This document shows positions 1 to 14,135 of a DNA stretch of 64,000 nt, piece by piece. The stretch is taken from contig OZ365114.1 in the NCBI GenBank assembly GCA_977030845.1, positions 17,670,001 through 17,734,000 of the forward strand, in the 5' to 3' direction. The notes beneath the pieces were generated by a model. The model worked only from the letters and a program-made list of their open reading frames with translations, searched no databases and was not told the DNA's origin. The DNA is from Fimbriosthenelais zetlandica (lineage: Eukaryota). Position 1 is the first letter of the stretch, and each line of letters starts with the position of its first letter. A program made the translations under genes and the position numbers.

Positions 1-59
1 CTATTGTTGAAATTGATGTATTGAAACAGAGGGATTCTATTCAGTGGCATATGATAGCC

Positions 60-3000
60 ATATTACCTTATGTATACCAAATTTATTCCATTCATCACTT
101 TGCTTGGAATTCTCCACGTATACCTTACCTCTGTACTGTTGATTATTGCTTGGGACACTGGCGCATTAGAAAAAGTATTCGGAGAAAGAAGAAGCCGATA
201 AGAGTAGATTTCACCAATGTACAAAGGGTCTGTCCGAATAATTGTTGAATAAGTTTGTTATTCACTCATTACATTTGTATTCCACTCACAGCCTTTGCCT
301 TCTGTATGAAGTTACCTTACTGGTCGCAACGAGTTTGTGTAAAAGGCAGGGAAAAATATGTTTAAGTCGGCCCCACCTTATAGTGAAGCTCTCCTCTTTT
401 CCATTCAGATCAGTGACCCCCTAATGTAATGAAGTTTTGATAATGGCCGCTGGGTGGCAGATAAAGACTACTAATGTTGTCATGACTGATGGTGATTGGC
501 GGAGACCTTGAATTCATTGTGGGAACTATAACAAAGGTTTGAACAGAGAGACCCTGGCTGAAAGGCAATTCGATCTGGTGCAGATATTTGAGTGTGTCGT
601 CCTATTTGTCCGATGCATGCCCTAAATGCCACTGACAACCTGCTTGTTATTCCCTTCACTGCTTTTTTTAAAGTTTTCGTGAAAGTATCTTTTCAAAAAT
701 GTATTTTGTACCCATAGAGGAATTCGTCAGTGATGAATTCTGCCTTAAGCAGAGTTTGCAACGTTAATGTCTTCTCTAACGATCACCAAAGTGCATAGGA
801 AGTAAATGATAGTCTTTCAAGTAGGCAGATATCAAGTCTCAAGAGCGTCCGATGATGTTGAGGACCTCCTACATGGTGTGGAGAAGGTATTGTTACCAAA
901 ACAACCTTCATGTGACCTTGTTGCCATGCCATATAATTATTGATTACAGAGGAACATTACTCTCTCTGAAAGGTTATGCCTTACTTCTGCCATGCATTGA
1001 GACGACATTTCCTCACTCATTTACTTTGATACCTACAATATGGAATGATATTCCCCTGATACTTCAGACAAGCATTGGCACAGGTGTGGAGGCCAAAATA
1101 ACATTCACATACATGTATATACATTATATGAAGGAAATGCTCCTCCAGAAGAACATATACAAAGCGTTGTTGACCATGCCATCCCGCGATCTGGCATGCC
1201 ACTTAGAGCCAGATAGGACAGGATAATTATTTTGGCCATTAAGGACTATGATGTCTTGGATGATAAAGTCACTGGCTGTAACATGTTAGCCAGTGATAAA
1301 GACCCCTTGCCGCTTGACGGAATGGGTTTCAAGTGATCTCTCGCTCCATCTTCCTGGACTGAAGAGCATGGACATTTAACATGACATGCTGCTTTCCACT
1401 GTCCTTATCTAGCTCCTTCGGATGGCCCAGTATTACTGACCTTTTAGCTTTGTGGCTTGGTTTGTTTTTCCGAAGTCGGCCTTTAATAAAATGACTTAAA
1501 TTGCTGAGAAACCGTTTTGTAATAGTTAAATATGTTACGGAACAAAGACAATAATTTGCAGTTACCTTTAAAGCTAATTTCATATTTTTATAAAGGGAAT
1601 AATGGAAAAATATCACCGATCCCTCTGTACAGCAATTGGCTGTCATTTTCGGAAATGGGAATTACAGTGTACGTTTCCAGGAATGCAAGGCATTTTATTG
1701 TCCTAGAACTTGGCTTCCATGCTAGTCACTGCGATTTTCATGACGGGATGTAAAACGTGTTTTGAATCAGGGTAAATCAGGCTAATTGAAAGAGTAGTTC
1801 TGAAGCGCTTAAAATTCCATGTAACAGTTTAATGCTTCAGTGGTAAATTATTTCTCAAACAGTGAAAGCAGATTCCAATGACCTGATTGGCGAGGACTTG
1901 AAAGAGATGAAATTTTTGATGGATTTGGCCCAGAAAGGTTCAAATAAGATCATTCATGGATCGAATGAATTCAGCTTCCAGGGTTTAAATATAGAAAGCA
2001 TTTAGAGTTGCGAGTACATTTCTACATGAAATTAGGTGCTAGGATTGAAGCCTTCCATTGAAGCTCTGTCAAGAGATTACTGTAAGCAAAAGGTGGTCCA
2101 GCCAAATGCGATTAAATCAGGTGTTTCTTGGAGAGAACACAATTTAATATATTTAGCTTTATTTGTCATATCTTCTTTTAGGGCGACCGAAGGAGGAAAA
2201 GGTCTACATCGCTAATTGTATCCTTACTGGAAGTGAACTTACAAAGGCTATCTCCTATAGACTTATAAGCCTTCCTTAGAATTTATGTCTGACGCAGGTT
2301 CTTATTCCTCAGGGCTCTTCACAATGGTTCTGATACCCTAGAGTCCTAGTACTGCACAGGTGTCTTAGTCTCTAAAAGGGAAGGTGTGATTAGGGCACAA
2401 ATGAGGGGAAGTGAGTACATTACAGTGGAAAGGTCAGTGTCTAGATGGAGGTATTCTAGGCCATACAAAGAGGCCGATTTACATGGTCTTTCTGTTTGAA
2501 TCCCACGGCCACATCCTGAGTACTTTAACGCAGTCCTCAACAGAAAACTCAGCCAATCATACTGCAGACACTTCTCGATAGATGGAGCCGTGTTATTTGG
2601 AAGAAGACTCTTGGCACTTGCCAAGTATATTTCAACTGGTAAACAACTTAAATTTTAGTTGGTGAATAATATCGCCAATGAACGACGAAGCATAAAATCC
2701 ACCATGGATGTTGCAGCTGGTGATGACTAAGGCATTCAGAGAACTAGAAATTAGAAAAACAGGAAGCCCTTTACAGTCTGTCCAAACTAATTTGGACCGA
2801 AACCACAGTACATTTCTATGGTGGTTTCGGTCCAACTTAGCTTGTACAGACTGTAGCTGAAGCGATTTTAAATCATAGAAATATATTATGTGCAATTCTC
2901 TTGTTGTTTGAAAACTGTAGAGCATTTTATCATTCAACTTATAATGAACTAATATAATGTGGGCGCTTTAACGGCGATAATGATTGTAATAATGCATCAT

Positions 3001-4150
3001 TTAATGGAGAGTAAATTGAAATATTTCCTAAACAACTATTGCATAATACTAGGCGTCCGTAATAGAATGTAGCTAGAAAATAGTCCTATTATAATTATTT
3101 AATTAAATTGCTAAATTGACTTAGAAATTTCAGTTAAATTAGAAATTAATTACATGTAGCATTGGGGAGTGAGTAGCTATACTTATTATTGGTATAGAAT
3201 TATTCTAATTATTCCATTGAGGGGTACACAGGCTATAATTATATAGCTTTGGAAAGGCTTCTACCTTCCAGTGAAAATGTGGCAAGCTGTCCCTTACCAA
3301 CTACAATAGTGAAAGCCTTCGAAAGGCTTCCACAAAAATGAAGCTGGGAGTGAATGCCAAGAAAATGGTACAATTCAAACATTATGTCAATTGAGGAATG
3401 CCAGCTAATTTTTCAAGTAGGATACTGGGAATAACGTTCAAGTCGAAATGGAAGGTGTCTATAAATAGACCGAAAACAATCACCAAGAACGTGGAGCCCC
3501 CAGCCACATCAGTCTTTAAAAGTTGACACTAACTTAACTACCACTTGTTCAGAAAATTGTCAATATTTGCCTCATTAAAGAGAACCATGCCCTAGCATTG
3601 TTCCCCAAGTCTTGAGAAAGCTACTTGAGGCAGTGCTCTTGTTCCCAGTACTATGCAAAGACTTCTTCAACCCAAAGGTTTACAAATGGTTTCTTCAGCT
3701 AATATTGTCTTCATTCCTACAAGCAATGTCCTCGTGAATATTTCCTCTTTGAAGGTCGTTGAAGTTGTCCGTGGACAAAAATATGCTTGTTCACATCCGT
3801 TGTATAAAGTGAACCATTCTGGCAGTAACTGCCTTCAACCTTACCAAAGTTATTTTTCAGAAATAGAAGGTTCTAAATTATGGAGGACAGTTCTGAATTA
3901 TGTAATGTAGGGGTGGGCATGAGGTGGAGGTGGGATGATCCTTAAGTTCAAACTGGTGGGTCGTTCTGTCTTGGTTATGTTTATGGATGGACCAGGGTTG
4001 GTTTGGGGTTATAAGGGGTGGTTTTGGGGGATGATTCTGCATGTGGGAGGGTGTGATTCAGCCTTTGGGATGGGTAGGCATGCAGAGGTATGAGTTGGAG
4101 GTGGGCGGGGGTGCTGTCAGAAATGGTGGGTATTTTGGATGGCAGGGAAA
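60..4150 (-). mobile_element. Highly degenerate Penelope-like retroelement (RT + GIY-YIG), many stops and frameshifts
   Basis: Minus-strand motif remnants in the expected order: C-rich low-complexity 5' region (~3900-4150), FCPRTT..EEIFTR (~3740-3780; cf. KGLSFCPTP..EFFRR), APNF / FIRSMND (cf. YIDD) / NPSK near 1900-2050, IFP..SYRR (~300-360), LYIGE (210-224), PVSQ..NST (~140-165). Confidence 0.5.
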
Positions 4151-4399
4151 AGGATGAAATCCAAGGTAGTTTTTGTATTTTTGTTCCTCGAGCAAAGTTA
4201 CACTTCTTTTTAGAAAAGTATTTCTTTGCGATGTTTTTTATTTGTGATCAAAACATCAGATGAATCCACCTTAGTCGCAATAAGACCTCGCTCTTCTACT
4301 GTGTCTGACACACATACAAATCACAGGGATTTGTCTGGTAGGAACTATCATCATACAATCAATCATGCTTAGTTAGAAATCCAAGATAACCGATGCACC

Positions 4400-4800
4400 T
4401 CTAAGAGAGTTAAATTTACAGCCAGACCCCTGAGACCCCGGAAGGAGTCAAATCTTCCTTTAATTGATTGATCCGCATTTTATTGACTCGTGTGGCCCTA
4501 AATCACGGATTCTGATCAAATGATGAATTCTGATGGATGTGCTTCCTCAAATTCGCGATAAGAAATAGATTCTTTGAATGTCTAATGCGGACATCAATTT
4601 CTCTGTGTCTAGCTTATATCCCCCTGGGCCAACTTTATTTAGTCTAAGATAGATCCACTGGTTACATGCCAATAAAATAGAGAAATCCTGCCTGGTGTTA
4701 TAGTGCAATAAGATGCGTCTTAGCTATAACCTGTCTCAGGGTTTTTCCTAGTTTCATGGGTGCGATAACAGATTTTCACTGGGTATAAAGGTGCCACACT
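4400..4800 (-). mobile_element. Decayed non-LTR retrotransposon RT fragment
   Basis: Minus-strand KHIHQNSSFDQN*FR resembles the 'HL..N.L....Q.GFR' RT segment; otherwise full of stops. Confidence 0.3.
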
Positions 4801-5249
4801 CAGGACTGGAAATCAAGCCTTATCTACCTATACCTACTGAAGAGGCTGTGATAAAAGATGACGTGCGAGAGGATAGGTGATAGCTGGTGTAACCCCGGGA
4901 AGCGATCCCTCTACCTGCAGTCCTAAAGGCATGAAAACTGAGAATTTCTTTTACAAGGCCTCTTTTCCCTAAGGTGCACTTAAGATTATGGCTCAGCAAT
5001 TCATTTCACAGAAGAGAAAACTCCAAGAAGTGGTGCAGGAGATATTCCCTGGTTGTCATGCAGTTGGATGACGTCAATGACAAGATTATTATCAATAAAT
5101 GGGCGGGTGAATTACAGAAAGTGAAGGTTTCCTAATACTCAAAAGTGATGTCATGTATATGAAAGATGACCTTAGTGAATGTCATGTCAGTGTCATGAAA
5201 CATAAATCACAGTGACTGTGGTTTTTGTTTCACATTTGTACAGACGTTA

Positions 5250-6450
5250 TAGAACAGAATGTAAATTAATCATAAGGAAGTATCGTCTGAATATTGTCCA
5301 GGCACGCTAGAAACTACTTATCACCCTTTATAAGAGCTGGAAAACGCCCCTTTCTATGACCCATTTCAAGAGCGCATCTCTCTGATGGAGACCATTGAGG
5401 ACATTGGGTAGCGTCTCTGCAGACCAGAGAGTGACTTGCCTGAGCTCACTAAATCGTGGGGGAGAAATTCATTTTCACTAAATTGTGTGATCTGAATTGG
5501 TCTGATATATAGGAGAAAGAGGCCGATTAGGGTTTTATCATAGATCTGCACTCATCCCGGACATTTAGGATGGATTTCGACATCTGAAGCGGTCCTTGGG
5601 ACTTCACAGCCCACTGGTATGGGACTGGTCTGAGGCTCTGCTGAGAAAAAATCCATAGAGATTATTGCCCTTGACTCCTTTCGTTAACAAAAAACCAAAA
5701 AACTGGTGGCAATACGCAAATAATTCCTGTATAAAACAATTTAATTCCGAGGCCTCACCTTCCTTTACCAGGTATTGGAAATTTAAAACCAAGTCAAGAA
5801 CTTGAAGGACAATAATTGTCACAGACTGCCTCCTGTCATTTCCAACTGTCAACTTCTTTTCTCCTGTTTAGTTTAGATGTACTTGAAACTCGATGACATC
5901 ACTACAGAAATGAACAAGGAGTAAATGGAAATTTCAGGAGCATCCAATGGAGATATCTTTAACATTTTTTTTTAATTTCCATCCTGGCCTATTAATGTGC
6001 CAATTGAATTTATTCAAATCTCGCTTTTCTACAAAACATGGTTCCTCACAATCAATACCAGATCAGATAGCAAGAGAAAAGAAAGTGTGAAATTGAAAAT
6101 TGCAGGGCTTGAAATTGAAAAGTGGGAAGATCGAGGAAGTGTTTTGATGACAAAGTGTTTTGCTTCTCGTTCTTGCATTTATAAACGTTCAAAGAACGGA
6201 GGCCCTCGACAAATTGTAAACCTCGTTCAGCGGTTCTCACTTTTAAATTGAATAATGGTGGCCATTCGTTTGCCAATCTTAAAATAGGGTTTCTATTTTT
6301 AGATGAAATGCAGTTTTCTGACTGGGCGATAATTGAGGGGGCCAAATTATCCAATATTTAATGAGGAAATTCATCGTTGAAGTATAGACTTTAATACAAT
6401 GAGCCGGCAGCGTTGGGTCTGGCTTATCTCCTGGGTTCATTCCAGTTTTG
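5250..6450 (-). mobile_element. Decayed LINE (CR1/L2-type) RT and C-terminal region
   Basis: Minus-strand ORF pieces FLDLPT (cf. FLDFSKAF), a VDDV-like remnant near 5900, NNLYGFFLSRA (cf. RLYFLRRLKRAG), LFLLYIRPI (cf. YIRPVLEY), LQRR. Confidence 0.45.
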
Positions 6451-8399
6451 TGAATTATGAATTCTTCCCATAAGGATTCATTGAAAAATCGTCTCTCTGG
6501 GCAACTTTGAATTGGAACTTTGAATTGTAGATTTGATCCCAGTCAAGTTAAATTTATTCATAGTTTCTAGGATTCTTTTCCTGGACATCAACGCTGACTT
6601 CAATTTCTCAGACCCAGCTGTAGATAATTGTCAAATTCTGGAATACTCCAGCATTAAAGGAAAACAGGCATTGAAATCCTGCTTTTACCAGGAACCAACT
6701 AAAATGCAGAATAATACTGAAACATATATCAACATCGGTCATCATTCAATAATTTCAAATAATCCAATAGTCCAAGGCAAATAAAGTACAATGTTATGTC
6801 CTTACATTGGTCCCTCACACTGACTGATATTTTCCGATGTGAGTGTTAAATGCATCCATTATGCTACTTTTATGACCGATTTAAACAAGATCTGTGAAGG
6901 TGTGGGTGGTTCGAGCTCGACACAACACAACATTCAATGATTAGAAATCGGGGGGGGGGGGCGGGATTAGGTTGAGGGACACGTAATTAAATCTATGTAG
7001 TTCAAATATTTGAGCCACCATTCTATTCTGTGTTGGTAAAAGTTGCCTCAGGACCAGTAGGTGTCAACAGCCTAAGTGAGGTTACAAGCTACAACTCCTC
7101 CTCCCCCCACCCCATGAAACCGGACCTTCCATACCAGAGAAAAATGCATGTAAAGGTAGCATTAGAGCTGTATGATTAGCCTGGAAGTGATATAAAAGGC
7201 CATAAAATTCACATCAGACTTCATTTTGGATTGAGTTTAGCTACATCATGCGATTATATGGGATGTTTGTGTTGTGACTCATAGTGAGCAACTTTTCTGG
7301 ATCCTTTAGTAAAAAAGTAACATCCAGCAAGCCCGTATACAGTCAGTAAATGACATCTCACCCGACATAATGTGGACCCCCATGCACCCCAGTCCATTTA
7401 GGTCACTAGCACTTGTAACTTCAGCTCCTTCCTTTGTGGGCAGACATTGGAGGATATGGGTATGAAACTTTGTAAGAATTGCAAGTCATGTATATCTAAT
7501 GGATATATCAAATGACCTGGTACACTAATTAGGCACCTACCAGGGATCATTGCCTAGTGATTCTTGCAGTGATTATTGCATGTTGGGCTTGTCTACGAGA
7601 CCAACAACTGCAAGTACATCAATTGCTGCTAGAAAATGATATGTTGCCGGAATCATAAGGCAACAGTCAGCTACACTTTGGCCGTGCGTTGAAAATACAG
7701 TCTGAAACATAGGTTCCCCTTGTCATTGAATTTCAACACAATTATTAAGTAATAGTACCTTATTATAAGGAATTTATTCTGCCACTTTTAATTTATCATT
7801 TGCAATAAAGCTGGGTAAAGGGTCAAAAACAGGAGTTAGTTGTCCCCACTAGGAAACTGTTAGCCGGGCTTATCAGATTTGACATGAAAGTATACACTGA
7901 CCTTCCTGCGACCAGGTAAAACTACATTTTAATGAGCAATATGATATCAGAGGCCTGTTTCAAAAAAACAGTTACGCTCTTTATTACTCAGTGTTAAGTT
8001 TATGGAATAAAAAGAATAGAACTTTGTCTTTTGCAATACACCTCCGGACAGCTATAATTAAATGAACATTTGACACCTGTAACGGAATAAATGACTCCCT
8101 TGACATCCTAACGATCAATATGAATGTACGAAGTGCTATATTCTTATAGAGTATCACCCAACCATCTTTTTTAATAAAACGTTAAATATCTGTTCACGTA
8201 TTATTAGAAACATTATATTGGAGCAGGAAGTAAGAGTTTGAAATTACCTTAGTTTATTTTCAGCTCATTTATTTGCTTCTAACTCAACCTTCCCACTTAA
8301 ATGAACAGGGAAATCCTGCTTGCCTCCCAACCACTAGCATATGACAAGAGAGATTTCAATATAATATCTTATTCAGCTATATCCAATAGTTCCACTCCA

Positions 8400-9000
8400 T
8401 GCCTCCATGTCAAATATGTCCTGAAAATAATTCTCAGTTAAATTTGGATTTGCTTTTAGACTAGATGAAGACTTTAGTATGGGACCAAAGTAATAACATA
8501 TGTGCGATGCTTTTTAGAAAGCTCGCGCAGATCTCTCTAATTTATAATATTTCACATGAAATATATCCAGAAGTCTGCAGCATGATCATTTATATATTCC
8601 GAAGCTTTCCCAGGGCTAATAGCCTATCGGCAACCTTAAGTATATGGCTATATGGTTTCCTTTTGAAATGGGCTCCTGAAATTTAAATGAGATATCGGTC
8701 TGCACTGCCCTGAACACAGTAAAGACATCACCTCAAAGTCAGATATAATTCCCAATAGTATAGTCCAATAAATAGTTCTGCTAAAACGGTTCTATATTCC
8801 ACTTGACTCAAAATGGAGGAATTGATTCCTTTCATTCCCATGGAAATCACTTAAATCCGAGTCTAATCAAATTGGAAGGCAGAGGAACCCAAAGGATATT
8901 ATTTTACTGCGGTTTTGAAATGTATGGGATTTGTGAGTGTTTGGGAGAGTGCCTTACCCTGTATCCCTTTAGGGGAATCATATATATTCAGAAGGCGCTT
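8400..9000 (+). mobile_element. Decayed LINE RT C-terminal fragment
   Basis: LDLLLD..LVWDQSNNICAMLFRKL resembles 'LGV.LD..L.W..HI..IC.KL.R'. Confidence 0.3.
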
Positions 9001-11899
9001 CTCAGAACATCCCATTGGCTCTTTTTAATATTTCTCGTAGGCACATTTGAAAAATCTACACCTTTATATTCACGACATCTGGGATCACTTCTTGAACCGA
9101 TAAGCGAAGACTGCAGGATGATGAAAATTAGAATTAAATATGGATGGAATTGAGACCCCAACTTTACTGCTTTATAAGAATGTCGGGGCCATTTCTCCTA
9201 TAATTCTGTCCAAGGCAGAAGCTATTAATGAATGGCAGACTGATGAACAAAGGAGCACCAATTGCATTGGATTCCAATAAATGTCACTTGTTCAATTGGC
9301 GTCACCAAGAAAAAGCCATTTTAGATAAGATTTGATTAGATATACAGATCTTGACAACACAAAGAAATTAATCAGTCTGAAAGAGGGTGTAAAATACTGA
9401 AAAATCTACAAACATTAGTTTTCAATCTGTCTGTAATCTCTTAAAGGGACTATTACGCATACAGGCCGCATATATAATATTAAAGACCCACACCTTTATA
9501 GGAATGGGTATAGATGTCCTGCCACACAATGGCGTAGTTACAATTGCATACGATGAGATTATCCAATGTCAAAGATATCAGAGATTGTTTGACAGGAAGT
9601 TCTTTTCGAAATATATTGGAAGGAGGGTAACTGATTGAGGCATATTTATAAGCAATAAAGCAATCACCTTGGCGCTGGCATAATATATAACTTATAATGG
9701 TCATCGTGGTAAGATGAATTACTGGCCCCTATTTGGTCAGAAGCGTATAGAGACGTACTTCTGCATGTGACCTTACACATCAATCATTGCCAAATTAACT
9801 TCTCAGAGGAGGAAGCTGTTGTGGTGAGAAACGTTGGTCCACTTCCTGCACATTTGAACCTCAGCCATTCAATGGAATCGGGTGTTAACGATGGGCCCCG
9901 CCACCGTATATCACCCACAATTTATCATCTGGAAGTATTCATGTTCTTTAGCAAACACTTCAGAAGAGCACAAGGGTGAACAGATAGGCGGAACCATGCA
10001 ACCTTCCTTCGTGAAAAACTAGACATTTTCCAATATTTCTGCTTATATGTGACAATAGCTATGAAGTATGTACATTACTATAATATCATGTAGTAATCCT
10101 CCATGGTAAAATGGTACAATGATGAACCATACAAAGTAACATTTTACCAATATCCCAAGGAAAAAGCTTTCAACTTCCCCTATAGTATCAAAATGTCCCA
10201 ACGACTCTCTTCGTCCAGATCGATAGAGAGGTTTCCTCCTTTGTATATTCTAAGCTGATATTTCTCACATTCTACCCCCAAATTCCACAGACATCCGACA
10301 GACATACTGCCAAAACCGTTGACATCTTCCCACACATTCCATTTTCAGTTTGCTCCCTCATGCGAATCATTTTTGTCACATCCCTAGTATGGGAAGTATG
10401 ATGGATGTAGTCAATGTTAACCATTGCTTCATCTTCAGTTTCTGCATCACACCTGGAATAATGATGCTCTAACTGACTATACAGGTGAATAATTTTTTTT
10501 GAGTAATCCCTGTTTACATTGGTATGCAATATATTTTATATTTCGTTCATGGCTATATTTTATTGACCAACACACAGGGAGGAAACATAATCTAACTCTT
10601 TAAGTACTGTATAGCCTGATTTAGACCGAGGCTTTCTCGTGGTGTAGCCATCTCAGCCTGGTTGATGAAAACCGTTGAGCTGATTCCTTCCCATCTTATG
10701 TACAAATACTTGGATTACACGCATATAGATTGCATCATTTTGCACAGCGCTTGCATTCCTTGATTGCAATCACCCAAAGAAGTCACCTGAACTTAAGGCA
10801 TGACCAAACATTCACATGTTTATTTTTCCATCAACAAACAGAGTCAAGGCTGAAATGGTTTGGTCGAAAATGTTCAGGTTACAAGGAAGGTTTCTTTTTA
10901 CTATTCATTCACCTCTGTTTATTATTAAATTGTTTATGAAGTTCCTTAAAATGCGCGGTTGCAGAAAGATTATGGCTTGCAGATTTTGGGCAGAATTCTT
11001 TTTCTGCACGCCAACTGTATTTCTGTAACTCGCCCAGTATGCACGCGCAAAATGTACTTCAATACTGTTGTTCTATACGTCTATGAAATTTACTGCCTGT
11101 GGTACGCCCAAGAGACTTTTCACTTCCGTGATTTTGTGGACCTTAATTTATAAAAACTTTCAAAACTCCACTGACAGGCGTTTGACAAACTCTTGGAGTG
11201 CCAACAATGAAAATTCATGGACCTTCCTCATCAAAATTATTAAAAAGAATATAACCCAATCTGTTGCATGCGTCAAATAGGCTACACACGGAAGCTAAAA
11301 AAGAACTTAAATCAATCAAGGGAAACATTAATGGACAGAAAAGGTATCTGAAACCAGTTGCTTTTTCTTCTCGAGATTTAGGGGACGCTGATTAACCAAT
11401 TAATGTTTATCAGCCAAGTGTTTTTTTCTTTCAAAAGAGTCAGAGACAAATTGCTGAATGGACTTGGGCATGGTTTTGATCGTCAATCAATTGCGAAGCA
11501 ATCAGCCTTGTCAGATAGTTCGATATCGGCCATCTTTCTTGTTGCCTGGGAGACAGAGGCCATTGTTTATGGCCTTACAAAGAGAATGAGAGTTTTTTGT
11601 CTTCTGACTTCACCAGATGGGACCTGTGAAAGTCCACGTATTGATACGCAGGATGTCAGGCCAGAACATTAATGCGCCTGCGCGTCAAAGTGTTGTTTTA
11701 AGAAGGGATTTACCTTTCCGAATCCTGAAACATTTAGTTACCCATTACCTATTCATCCGGTTCAGATGCATGTAGTTGTTGATAAAAACACATCTGACAA
11801 GGTTGAAATAAAGGGCAACGTCTGCCAATCACGATTAAGTCAACGTGTTTTAAAGAGTCATACAGCACAATAGTTGTTGCACCTGATGTTACAAATATC

Positions 11900-13800
11900 A
11901 GAATGTCACATCAGTTTTCTGTCTCATCAGTTCTTTAAGATCTCTACCTATGACTAGTGCAAGATAAATCATTCCCTTTTAATTTATGATTCGTCATTCT
12001 CTTTATATTTGTATGTGTTTACACAGAGTCGTCTATTCTGAGGTTACCCGAGCTTTTTATTGCCTTTTAATCTCCTTTTTTGTCGGTTCCTTTTATTCTG
12101 TACACAGTCACATAGATGTAATGTTTGCTGTCTCGTTGAAGGTTTGCCAGCATCTATTCTGACAAAAGGTTCAGGTGTGTTTTGATTCAAAGCCATTAAA
12201 ATATAGCCCAACAAGATCTTTTCCACAATAACTTCCCCTGTATGCAATATAGCTAGAGCCACATAAAATATTGCGATTCTTGACTTTTCTTTTTGCAGCA
12301 GGTATACATCACACGTAAGTACAGCATTCATGTCAGAAAATTGCAATGACAAGATGCAACTTCAGGATCAAGGCAAAAATGCCTATTGGATTTACCCCTG
12401 TCACCTCGGTTTCTTCACAGACAAGAAGCTTTAAGCAGAACAGAGCAGGATGAGCTAACATGTCATGGCTGTAAGCCTGATGCCTTCACCTAGCCTGTAA
12501 ACATGTGATTATGTTTCATCTATGAGATTACACTCATTAGGCCAGCTCTGCCATGCATGGAACAATGAGATAAAGTGATCATCAGCTTGAGCAGCCACTC
12601 TCCACTCCTTCAACCTAATAAAAACCAGACCCCTCTCCCTATATAATTTATGGAAGATTGTTCCATCTCCAATCAGGCACTACCTGAAGATTTCTTCTCC
12701 ATAAAAGCGATTATGGATTATAGTAAAATCTTTTTCTATCACAGAAACACATGGCTTCCTTTGTAAGCCTTTGATTATCTCTGTCAAAGACCACTCATAT
12801 AAGCCGTATCTTGACCAGGAGTTCTGCCTCTCCTCGGAAAGAGAGGTACCCTTCTCTCCCTTATTTTCTTGAGTGGTGTGGAACCCCTTTTCTCCTGTCA
12901 CTGACATACCACAATGACAAAGAAGGCTGATGACTGCTGGTCATTACCCTGTTGCTTTCCGCACCACTCAGTCACGCATCAGGTTTCAATGTGGCCATTG
13001 ATTGACAGTTTCTCTTTTTACAGCTATATTTCCCTTCCCCAGACAGAAACCTGATCACATAATTCAGACTTTGTTCTAAAATGTTTTCCTCTAACTTCAG
13101 CTCCTGATGGAACCACTTGCTGAGAGTTCATATCAATTAGAAATAATTATAATAAAGAATCCAATACAAAATTTAGGTTTCAGCTCTTAAATCTGCATTA
13201 GGCTTCAACTAAAGCAGATGGATATTTAAGATATGAAGTACAATGCAAATAAACCATTTGCAGATGATGGTGGACTCGAGATTAACCATGTTTTCAGCTC
13301 CAATGTGTTCCAGGTCTGAACCTACTCTGTCCTTGGCGAGTCTAGAATCTGCTCTATATACTTACCCCCTGTCATCTCACCCGACTGGTCAATAAGGCAG
13401 TCAGTGGTCAGTGAAGGGACTGTATTCTCAGGAGAACTAGAGAGAGTGCTGCTGAATACCATCTCTCTCCATTGATTACAGTATTAGGTGGGTGTGATTC
13501 TCAGTGCACTGCGGGGACACCCAGACTATATCGGTAACCATATCAATATATGTACAATGACAGGGCAATATACCAGGCAAGTCCTCACCAGAGTGCCAGC
13601 ATTTGGTCATGACAGCACTATGGTAAATATGACAGCAGCCTTTATACTTTCCCCCATGGTATATGAGGAAACTAGCGGAGCATTCAACCCTGTCAGCTCT
13701 CATGTGGCACCATGAAGCGTCTCTTATGGAGTCAAGACGAGCTCTCGGTAGTTTGTCAAGCTTGGAAATGCATAAGTGCAAGTAATTATGGTAGGAAAGA
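11900..13800 (-). mobile_element. Decayed Rex/L2-like LINE ORF2 (APE endonuclease to RT)
   Basis: Minus strand RADR....GGKYKGCCHIY (APE 'RADR..SGK..GGGVC.Y'), KPCV (cf. KPW) near 12750, YVALAIL..EVIVEKILLGYI and EPF..GKPST (cf. YRPVALT..K.FER.VL; DP.QFAY...ST). Confidence 0.45.
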
Positions 13801-14052
13801 GCTGATTCCTCCAGAGTCAGTTGGTATAAATGTCTTGTCAGTGCCTGGTACCTCCATGATTAAATTACCTGGCAACTTTACGAGCCAAAATGGTGTGTAC
13901 GTCATTTCTCAATGTCCATTTTAGGGGACAAACACATGTATTACCTGCTGACACAGGCATTGGCGTCATCATTGAAAGCCTCATGTAAGTTAATAGCATT
14001 TAGGATGTTCCCTGTTCGGGAAAAGACGACCTATGGGACACAAGGTGCACTG

Positions 14053-14135
14053 AGCAGGATCAAGTGGTTAGAGTGCCTCGCTCTAGATGTATTGTACATG
14101 AGCTCAAACTGCATGGGTTCGAATCCCCCTTGCAA
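14053..14135 (+). mobile_element. tRNA-derived SINE remnant (Pol III A/B boxes)
   Basis: A-box-like gatcaagtggttagagtgc (14058-14076) and B-box ggttcgaatccc (14116-14127); no closable cloverleaf acceptor stem. Confidence 0.4.

Noticed and set aside
11895-11935. Minus-strand CTGATGA..GAAA as a minimal hammerhead
   Set aside because: Only 4 nt between the core halves, so no stem II and no flanking stems.
14053-14135. Intact tRNA gene
   Set aside because: A and B boxes are present but no acceptor or anticodon stems close properly; treated as a SINE relic.
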